Source of the DNA: a virus
Strand: one strand, 5' to 3'
IMG/VR virus record: IMGVR_UViG_3300032213_002832
Location: 32,001 to 96,000 of that record
DNA: 64,000 nt
In this document: positions 57,727 to 64,000 of the stretch, piece by piece
How positions within the stretch are numbered: position 1 is the first letter of the stretch
Layout: every line of letters begins with the position of its first letter
The notes under the pieces: model-generated
What the model saw: the letters and a program-made list of their open reading frames with translations, nothing else
Database searches by the model: none
Told to the model about the DNA's origin: nothing
Program-made: the position numbers and the translations under genes

Positions 57727-58017
57727 TTATTTAACTTCAAAACCTGCTTCTTGTGCCTCTTTTAAAGAGAGGTCACCGCGCTTCTCGTCTGCGCGACGTG
57801 TTCTAGCATAGCTAAACTTCTCATAATAAACAAAACGACCATCTGGTATAGTCGTTTTATATACGGTTCCATCCGCATCTTGAAAATAACTGTTGACACC
57901 AATCTCAGCCACTACTGTTTCAAGCGCAGTAGAGAGCTCGTCAAAATACTTCTTTACTTCACTCTTCTTACGTTCTAGCTCAATGAACCGCTGAATCGCC
58001 GGCGTTAGATTTGACAT
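57727..58017 (-). CDS. hypothetical protein
   Basis: start moved to ATG 58017 behind GGAG. Confidence 0.65.
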   Translation of the reverse strand: MSNLTPAIQRFIELERKKSEVKKYFDELSTALETVVAEIGVNSYFQDADGTVYKTTIPDGRFVYYEKFSYARTRRADEKRGDLSLKEAQEAGFEVK

Positions 58018-58540
58018 CCTTATTCTCCTCAGTATTTTTAACGACACGAAGAATTCGCGTCTTACTTGTAGGATTCGGATCGGTTTTTAATTCTGCTATT
58101 TTATCTTCAGGTAGTAGACCAGACTCAAGGTATGGGAGTAGTTGTGAAGCCTTCATGGTTTTAGCTTCTCCATCTATTCTTATGCTCATAGTAGGATCAG
58201 CTCCATCTTTAAGCATGCTTCTAAATAGATCTAGTTTCTCTTCTTCCATAGCTTTAATTTTAGATACTAAAGAGTTTTTATATCGGCCATGAGCAGCACT
58301 AGCATTAGGTTGGTCTAGAGCTCCAAAAATCTGTATTTGCTCATTAGATATTTCGTTAATACGTTCTATTTTGGCTTGTAGCATGCCATTTTTAACACCT
58401 TCATCATAGGCGTAATTAATGTTTTTAACTATGTTTCTCTCAACACCACTAAGTAGTAGGTTATTGAAGAAGTTACTTATATAATAACCAATTAATGAAC
58501 CAACAATCAATGCGCAAGTAATAGATAACAGTAATAACAT
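57980..58540 (-). CDS. N-terminally membrane-anchored hypothetical protein
   Basis: hydrophobic first 25 aa. Confidence 0.65.
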   Translation of the reverse strand: MLLLLSITCALIVGSLIGYYISNFFNNLLLSGVERNIVKNINYAYDEGVKNGMLQAKIERINEISNEQIQIFGALDQPNASAAHGRYKNSLVSKIKAMEEEKLDLFRSMLKDGADPTMSIRIDGEAKTMKASQLLPYLESGLLPEDKIAELKTDPNPTSKTRILRVVKNTEENKDVKSNAGDSAVH

Positions 58541-58594
58541 ACAATCCTTTCAATAATATATCAATAGGATTATACAAAACCGTGTTTAATTAAT

Positions 58595-59173
58595 TTATTC
58601 GTTATCTTCGATTGGTAGAGATTCTAATATTTTTTCTATATCAAGTAATTGTAGTGTTTTTTCTAAACCTTCATTACCATGTTCTAAAGCCTTGGCTCGA
58701 AGCAGTGTCATAAAATCTTCAGGGTCAATATCATGTTTCTTTAACTTCTTTTTCCAAGCAGCTAGTTTCTTAGGGTCAACTTTATGGCGCCCTCGGTTTA
58801 GTTTCTCAGGGACCATGCGTGTATTTTTTGCTGCGTATCCATGACTATTGTTTTTTCTATCTGGAGATAGTTTCTGACCGGTTTTCTTTTCAGCTGCTTG
58901 GGTTTGCTTTACAATGGAAGCACGAGATCCTCTACCCTTAGACTTATGGCTTGCTGTACCATTCTTACCGTCTTGGCGCCTTAAAGCATCGTCCGCCTTA
59001 GTTTGCGCTCTCTGCCAGTGGCCAGGCTTTTTCTTATTAGCAGATAGCTTATTTAAGCAACCTCTACAGCGTCCAGCTGGATTAGACTTATTAGCACTAG
59101 TTTTTCCGCAACGAGGGCAGGATTTTATTAGTTCTTCTAATTCAGAAGCTACAAGTTTGTCTAGTATTTCCAA
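58595..59173 (-). CDS. basic Zn-finger, degenerate HNH-like protein flanked by LxK motifs
   Basis: CPRC..CRGC; LSPDRKNNSHGYAAKNTRMVPEKLN resembles SIDRIDN..GY...N...V....N; TTG start with GGAG RBS and TGGTATAAT promoter. Confidence 0.6.
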   Translation of the reverse strand: MEILDKLVASELEELIKSCPRCGKTSANKSNPAGRCRGCLNKLSANKKKPGHWQRAQTKADDALRRQDGKNGTASHKSKGRGSRASIVKQTQAAEKKTGQKLSPDRKNNSHGYAAKNTRMVPEKLNRGRHKVDPKKLAAWKKKLKKHDIDPEDFMTLLRAKALEHGNEGLEKTLQLLDIEKILESLPIEDNE

Positions 59174-59229
59174 GGTTTATCTCCAAAACATAATAAGTCA
59201 TTATATTTACAATTATACCACAGATAATA

Positions 59230-59258
59230 AGTAAGCCCTGGCATTTCTACCAGGGCTT
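59230..59258 (-). terminator. terminator hairpin downstream of tRNA
   Basis: AAGCCCTGG-N8-CCAGGGCTT. Confidence 0.7.
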
Positions 59259-59316
59259 TATTTTGCCAGAGTTTCCTCTGGCTAACACGTTCACTTTCGA
59301 TCCCGTGGATTCGGCT

Positions 59317-59392
59317 TGGACGCGGGTGTGGGATGTGCGCCCACGATCTGAAGGTTATGAGCCTTCCGAGATAACTGCTACTCTAACCCGCA
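59317..59392 (-). tRNA. tRNA-Met (CAT), initiator-like, atypical D and T loops
   Basis: 76 nt: acceptor TGCGGGT/ACCCGCG, anticodon arm GAAGG-CTCATAA-CCTTC, T arm GTGGG-CGCACAT-CCCAC, encoded CCA; TGGTATAAT 5 nt upstream. Confidence 0.85.
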
Positions 59393-59414
59393 CATTCATT
59401 ATACCACATTTTCG

Positions 59415-59933
59415 TTAATCCCAAAGTGTTCTCCAATATTTACCTAAGTGCTTGAATAAACGATCATATAGTTCATCTTCTTTTTTAGCACTTTTCTCAT
59501 ACATCTCTCTCGAATCGGTTTCAGCCAACTCATGTAGCTCTGGAGTGTTAGCCTTGCTATAGCTCACCTTTAGTGCTTTATATCTTCTCTTATCAGCCTT
59601 TTCAGCTATAATCTCTTCAAAGCTATACTTTGTATCACCCCATTTATCATTGAATTCTTTTTTATAGAGTTCAGTATCATATTGGCTTTTAATACGCTCA
59701 AAAAGATATACAGCATAATCTATACGTCTACAAATAGTATTATGGTCAGTAACTAGCTGATTTCTACGTATACACTTAGACATACGCTTAAGCTTGAATA
59801 TAATCATATCTTCAAGAAATCCATAGTCATAATCTCTATCCTCTTTAAGAAGAGGTAGCCAATCTTTGATGCGATTAGCTGTTTGTATTTTAACTTTTGT
59901 TTTTCTATGCTTCTGGCGTTTTCTACTGTTCAT
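59415..59933 (-). CDS. hypothetical phage protein
   Basis: DRDYDYGFL..FKLKRM and C-terminal W..LWD pattern common in large phages. Confidence 0.7.
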   Translation of the reverse strand: MNSRKRQKHRKTKVKIQTANRIKDWLPLLKEDRDYDYGFLEDMIIFKLKRMSKCIRRNQLVTDHNTICRRIDYAVYLFERIKSQYDTELYKKEFNDKWGDTKYSFEEIIAEKADKRRYKALKVSYSKANTPELHELAETDSREMYEKSAKKEDELYDRLFKHLGKYWRTLWD

Positions 59934-60147
59934 TATTTACCCCTCCAGTTGCTTGTTTGTTCAATAAGTACTCAGTATAGATTGCGGCAAGTATGAGTGC
60001 TGGCCAAGCAAATATAATACCTGCTAGACCCATATACACACCGTTTAATCCAGCACCAAAAAATAAACCAACAAACGTTGTACCAATAAACAGGCATAAC
60101 GTGTTTACTAAAGTCGTTTTAGCTAGTCTGACAAGATCATATTTCAT
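59923..60147 (-). CDS. small two-TM membrane protein
   Basis: two hydrophobic helices. Confidence 0.65.
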   Translation of the reverse strand: MKYDLVRLAKTTLVNTLCLFIGTTFVGLFFGAGLNGVYMGLAGIIFAWPALILAAIYTEYLLNKQATGGVNNEQ

Positions 60148-60156
60148 ATTTTATCC

Positions 60157-60627
60157 CTATACTAGAGTACTTGCATTAAAGTAGCCACCAACATAGTTGC
60201 CAGATTGGAAATCTTTAAAAAACCACTCTATTTCTCCACTAATACAAACATCTATTGATAGTTTAGCTCTTTTCAAATACCATGCCAATACTAATCCGCC
60301 ATCTTCTGAAGTACATACAACAGGTACTGGCATTTTAAAACCTACCTTTTTATCTAGTCTAGATCTAATTCTACTTACAACTTCAAAAACAAATTCATCT
60401 ACGTTCTCTTCGTCACTCTGTTCATCACATATAGTTTTTAGCTTTACAAGATACTCATTCCAAGCTTGCTCTTTTTCTTCAGGATTACTTTTAGGCCAAA
60501 AGTAATTGCATATTTTATCACCTAAAATTTGTTCAGGTAAATTTTTATGCCAGTATTCAATACGCTGTTTGGCAATTTTTGAACACACATCATCACAAAG
60601 TTTATCAATATAATCATTATTGCTCAT
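60157..60627 (-). CDS. hypothetical protein
   Basis: GGGGG RBS, 156 aa. Confidence 0.65.
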   Translation of the reverse strand: MSNNDYIDKLCDDVCSKIAKQRIEYWHKNLPEQILGDKICNYFWPKSNPEEKEQAWNEYLVKLKTICDEQSDEENVDEFVFEVVSRIRSRLDKKVGFKMPVPVVCTSEDGGLVLAWYLKRAKLSIDVCISGEIEWFFKDFQSGNYVGGYFNASTLV

Positions 60628-60760
60628 TATTTACCCCCTGATTTAAAAACTCATGATATCTACGTGTATCTCTTTTAGCTTTCTCATATAAGAAATAGAC
60701 AAAGATTAAGAAGCACGAAATGATTATGCAATGTATAGTTTTTAACGTCTTATGACTCAT
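60617..60760 (-). CDS. 47-aa single-TM protein (not in ORF track)
   Basis: MSHKTLKTIHCIIISCFLIFVYFLYEKAKRDTRRYHEFLNQGVNNEQ; fills the gap with overlaps at both ends. Confidence 0.55.
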   Translation of the reverse strand: MSHKTLKTIHCIIISCFLIFVYFLYEKAKRDTRRYHEFLNQGVNNEQ

Positions 60761-61143
60761 TATCTACTCTGTGTTAAAGATGTTTCTAATCTAAAAACAA
60801 ACTCACTGGTTAATTCGTATAAGCCATTAAGATCTTTACAGTACAACCTACCTAAATAGGCATTGTTTGTAAACCTATCATTGCGTCCCCAAACAGGTTG
60901 TCTCACTTTAAACTTACAGCCAGTTTTATTATCATCAAGATAAGTACCACGAGTAAACTTGGGATTGAACATATGTTGATTACATAAGTCGAACTCTCGT
61001 TGAGTAACTATTTTATACCCATTATCTTGACTCTCACACTCCCTGTGACCCCTACTACCGTCACTCATCTTAAAATTATGAGGTACATTGCTAGTATCAC
61101 AACCTGTTAGCATAAGTAATAGTATAAGCTTATTCTTCATCAC
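60760..61143 (-). CDS. lipoprotein
   Basis: MKNKLILLLMLTG|C lipobox. Confidence 0.65.
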   Translation of the reverse strand: MMKNKLILLLMLTGCDTSNVPHNFKMSDGSRGHRECESQDNGYKIVTQREFDLCNQHMFNPKFTRGTYLDDNKTGCKFKVRQPVWGRNDRFTNNAYLGRLYCKDLNGLYELTSEFVFRLETSLTQSR

Positions 61144-61531
61144 ACCCTTTATCCCCAGGAATTCTCACTATTAGATCTACACTTTCTGAATAGTACCCGT
61201 TGCTTTCGCCGTGCCACCTAACATCCACATAACCTTTTACAGTAGCAAATTTATAGAAGGTCCAAGTATGACTATTATCCATTTGAATACGACCATTAAT
61301 ATTTTCTTCAAATGATTCAGACGTCGATTCCTCTGCCACCAATAATGGTGTACCAATTAAGTCATTTAAATCACCAGCGATATCATCAATACGAACATGT
61401 TCACAACACTGCTGATCATGATAGAACACCCATTTAGTACCATTCTCTTCACAAAATACCAACCTCTCACCGCCAGTTGTACCGCTTACATTAGCGAAGG
61501 TTTTACCAACCATATCAGATATAGTTTTCAT
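61130..61531 (-). CDS. conserved phage protein (H-x-Q-x-CCE...ESNGYYSE family)
   Basis: HDQQCCE.V, DL.G.P...AEE, TWTFYKFAT.KG.V..RW.GESNGYYSE; start moved to 61531. Confidence 0.8.
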   Translation of the reverse strand: MKTISDMVGKTFANVSGTTGGERLVFCEENGTKWVFYHDQQCCEHVRIDDIAGDLNDLIGTPLLVAEESTSESFEENINGRIQMDNSHTWTFYKFATVKGYVDVRWHGESNGYYSESVDLIVRIPGDKGCDEE

Positions 61532-61665
61532 TTTGCCTTCCTTCTTTCTCTCCACTCAACTATTTCTCGCATCATAGCAGCTTTCAGCTCTTCTATAGGT
61601 ACATCGCTCCATATTATAAAATGCTTGGGATGACATTACCTTAATTCCAAATATTTCTAAAAACT

Positions 61666-61842
61666 TCATTTCTTTATCGCCTTTTCAATCTTAGCACAAG
61701 CCTTTAGTATATCCTCAGCAAGCTTCTTAGCTTCGCTCAATGTCATCCAATCGGAAGAAGCGACATAATCCGTAAAATGAATATACCACCCAGGTGGGGA
61801 TGGTTCGATTGAACCTTTAAATGCTTTAACTTTACGTCTCAT
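61666..61842 (-). CDS. 58-aa hypothetical protein (not in ORF track)
   Basis: MRRKVKAFKGSIEP...AIKK, AGGTG RBS, TAATG coupling. Confidence 0.55.
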   Translation of the reverse strand: MRRKVKAFKGSIEPSPPGWYIHFTDYVASSDWMTLSEAKKLAEDILKACAKIEKAIKK

Positions 61843-62357
61843 TATTTATCACCTTTCATTAGTTTTTTCAATGCTTCATTAGGTTCTGGACTTTCTACGA
61901 AGTCTTCGCCGTCAATCTCTTCGAATGGTAAATCCGGTTCACCTAGCTCTTCATTACATAGACCTTGTGGCAATGGTATCCAGCCAGTAACTTTGCCCGA
62001 TATAATATCTTCATGTTCACCAAAACTATAACAGAATTTACCACTTTTTCTATCTTTAAAACCTAATGTAGTCCAACTAGAAAACTCTGTTTCAATAAGT
62101 AATATGGCTTCATTATTAGTGATTGTATCAATAGGTAACCAATCTTTACGTCTAGTTTTTTGTAGTTCAATTGATTTAGCTATGTTTCTAAGCAAAAATC
62201 TTTCTACATCTTTACCGTTATTTGTAGCACAACGACATCCGCCATTAGTGCACATACCAGTTGGTATGACATACTTACAACCACTATCACCACAACCTAA
62301 ACCATAAGCAGCAGGATCTTCAAACCAATCCCAATTACCTATTAAAGACTTAACCAT
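61842..62357 (-). CDS. Cys-cluster plus DUF551-like protein
   Basis: GCGDSGC..GMCTNGGCRC; W.PI.T...VTGWIPLP. Confidence 0.6.
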   Translation of the reverse strand: MVKSLIGNWDWFEDPAAYGLGCGDSGCKYVIPTGMCTNGGCRCATNNGKDVERFLLRNIAKSIELQKTRRKDWLPIDTITNNEAILLIETEFSSWTTLGFKDRKSGKFCYSFGEHEDIISGKVTGWIPLPQGLCNEELGEPDLPFEEIDGEDFVESPEPNEALKKLMKGDK

Positions 62358-62413
62358 CTAATACACCTCATTATTTAACTAATTGTAGCGTGTTTGTATC
62401 ATTTAATTGTGTG

Positions 62414-62872
62414 TTATTTCCAACTAAAGTATAGACCAACCTTTTCATCATCAGTGGAACGATATGTAGTAATATGAAAACCATTAAATACCGGATCTTT
62501 TTCAAACATTTCATAAATTTTCCATATCATGTCGAATTCGCTAATCTTAAGCTTGAGATCTCCAATATGCTCTAATACCAATTTATTAACTTTAACGTAT
62601 TGATCTACCCGACCTTCAACTGCTGCTTCTCTTAAGCGCTCTAGTACTAATGGTTTATACTCTAATTCATATAAGCCACATATTATCTCATTATCGTTAT
62701 TGCGAATAAAACTAGCTGTATTCTGTAGTTCCAACTTAAATTGAGAAGGTTCAGACTCTTTTTTAAGCTCAGAAATAGGTTTACGATTAACAATCTTATC
62801 ATCTGCTATAAAAAAACGATATACCGCATATATAAAACCAAATAATGCTAGCACACAAGCTAAAACACCCAT
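62414..62872 (-). CDS. N-terminally anchored membrane protein
   Basis: GGAGG RBS, hydrophobic N-terminus. Confidence 0.65.
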   Translation of the reverse strand: MGVLACVLALFGFIYAVYRFFIADDKIVNRKPISELKKESEPSQFKLELQNTASFIRNNDNEIICGLYELEYKPLVLERLREAAVEGRVDQYVKVNKLVLEHIGDLKLKISEFDMIWKIYEMFEKDPVFNGFHITTYRSTDDEKVGLYFSWK

Positions 62873-62887
62873 AAATACCTCCTTATA

Positions 62888-62995
62888 TTATTCATCGTCG
62901 TGGTCGTCTATACCCTTATATTCATCCATCATAATCACCATGATAACAACGCCCATAATAACAGCGAATACTAAAAACATCGCAATCTTTATCAT
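62888..62995 (-). CDS. 35-aa single-TM peptide (not in ORF track)
   Basis: MIKIAMFLVFAVIMGVVIMVIMMDEYKGIDDHDDE, GAGG RBS. Confidence 0.5.
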   Translation of the reverse strand: MIKIAMFLVFAVIMGVVIMVIMMDEYKGIDDHDDE

Positions 62996-62997
62996 AA

Positions 62998-63432
62998 TCA
63001 AACCTCATTAATTGGTTGTTTTGTTTTTCTAACCTTCTTTACCTTCTTAGGTATGGCTGCTTTCCATCTTCTAGCTAAAGCATCTATTTTACTGTTAAAG
63101 TCAAAGCTGAATATCTTAATTTTAGCCATCGCATATGACTTATGGTACTTTAAATCATCTACAAAGAAAGTCGTAGCTATATCTTTAACTATGGATTTAA
63201 CTAATACTTTATTAAACGAACCTGTTATTGACACTGCTTCAAAGTGTGTTACCTGATCCTCTATGATTTTATCTGCGAGTTTCTCTGCTGTAGCATTAAT
63301 CATATCTTTAAGCTTTACATACAGTGGCGAATTTACATCTACATTGAAGTTACCGACATAAGCCTTCTCTAAACTAGATACAGCAATATCTGTAATACTC
63401 TTCTTGATGTCTACCACGTTACCTTTAATCAT
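62998..63432 (-). CDS. hypothetical protein
   Basis: GAGG RBS, 144 aa. Confidence 0.65.
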   Translation of the reverse strand: MIKGNVVDIKKSITDIAVSSLEKAYVGNFNVDVNSPLYVKLKDMINATAEKLADKIIEDQVTHFEAVSITGSFNKVLVKSIVKDIATTFFVDDLKYHKSYAMAKIKIFSFDFNSKIDALARRWKAAIPKKVKKVRKTKQPINEV

Positions 63433-63691
63433 ACTGATCCTCTTTAGGATTAACCTTATAATAGGCTATTATTCCGATAATTAATACATTGAATAAGTAA
63501 TTAATTAGCAATATAAGGTCATTAGTAGTATTTGCTACATAAATGATTAAAAATATCTCGCCCAATCCCCACAACCATAAGAACAGAGAGTTCACACCAG
63601 CACTTGATTTCGTCTTAATGGATTGAATCGCTTGAGGGATACCACATATAGCCAACATTGCTGATCCAATTATACCGATAAGACTAATCAT
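63425..63691 (-). CDS. PQ-loop (SemiSWEET-like) three-TM transporter
   Basis: IGIIG...L..CGIPQAI.SIKTKS..GV, three TM helices, LLINY. Confidence 0.8.
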   Translation of the reverse strand: MISLIGIIGSAMLAICGIPQAIQSIKTKSSAGVNSLFLWLWGLGEIFLIIYVANTTNDLILLINYLFNVLIIGIIAYYKVNPKEDQYD

Positions 63692-63702
63692 ATCAATACA
63701 CC

Positions 63703-63918
63703 TTATTTCAATGTTATTGTGGTGGTACCAGGTTTTGCTGGTGGATCATACCTTTTAATGTATTCGTCCATAATCTTTTGTAGTGTTTGCTTTGAGATAA
63801 CTTGGTATCCCATTTTACAGTTTGCTTCATTTAAAGCTAATACCGCAGCATCAACAAGTTCTTTTTTAGTCTTACTCGCTTTAGTGACTTTATTTACTTT
63901 GATTGTTTTATTGCTCAT
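63703..63918 (-). CDS. hypothetical protein
   Basis: GGAG RBS, 71 aa. Confidence 0.6.
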   Translation of the reverse strand: MSNKTIKVNKVTKASKTKKELVDAAVLALNEANCKMGYQVISKQTLQKIMDEYIKRYDPPAKPGTTTITLK

Positions 63919-64000
63919 TATAAATCTCCATGAAGTAATTTTAATTCAGTTAACTCATTTAATAACTCATCCATATCATATTTTTGTCTTACATTATCCC

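Noticed and set aside
59925-61855. Repeated GG..AAATAATGA junctions (two genes ending GVNNEQ)
   Set aside because: Explained by a common RBS plus overlapping stop/start, not by a mobile cassette repeat.
4235-63256. Many short antisense or alternate-frame ORFs in the track (e.g. 5761-6195, 29123-29614, 30641-30949, 30769-30984, 50143-50481)
   Set aside because: They lie inside well-supported genes, lack an RBS, and mirror codon bias or low-complexity tracts.
1-64000. CRISPR array, integrase/att site, IS element, reverse transcriptase or DGR
   Set aside because: No spaced direct repeats and no recognisable recombinase, transposase or RT motifs; intergenic gaps are short.
1-64000. Stop-codon reassignment
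   Set aside because: Long conserved genes are uninterrupted in code 11, and TAA, TAG and TGA all end genes at sensible positions.
1-64000. Host assignment
   Set aside because: Lipoproteins, the GH24 lysozyme and the barrel-like protein hint at a diderm host, but the head is Herelleviridae-like; this cannot be settled without searches.

Overview
A 64-kb, AT-rich, densely coding segment of a large lytic tailed dsDNA phage (Caudoviricetes). The standard code reads through all genes. I found no integrase, transposase, CRISPR array or intron. From 1 to about 49,600 genes are almost all on the + strand: SF2 helicase, GH24 lysozyme, a truncated sigma-70, dUTPase, a degenerate DNA MTase, HNH nucleases, a GroEL-like chaperonin, SbcC/SbcD, a DnaQ-DnaE fusion polymerase, SSB, UvsY-like and RecA/UvsX proteins. 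These are followed by a Herelleviridae-like head module (terminase, portal, prohead protease, scaffold, major capsid, connector), many hydrophilic putative head-internal proteins and a beta-rich structural block. After a bidirectional terminator at about 49,600 genes are mostly on the - strand: 5'-3' exonuclease, SLOG protein, dCMP deaminase, a degenerate ThyX, a ThyA-fold enzyme with a dCMP-type Asp, a nucleotidyltransferase, an atypical tRNA-Met(CAT), small early-type ORFs and a PQ-loop transporter. No tail sheath, tube or tape measure gene is recognisable here. The most interesting candidates are: (1) a modular or split sigma system, with a sigma-70 ending just before the -35-reading HTH, stand-alone sigma4 and sigma2 proteins, a GreA/FKBP-like factor, and -10-only, partly leaderless promoters; (2) a probable cytosine-modification pathway, alongside catalytically degenerate ThyX and MTase homologues; (3) a genome-wide L-x-K|S/A/G head-processing code, including a copy of the capsid N-arm inside the protease; (4) a 30-bp palindromic leader shared by SSB and a distant unknown gene. 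All product calls come from motif recognition by eye, not database searches.
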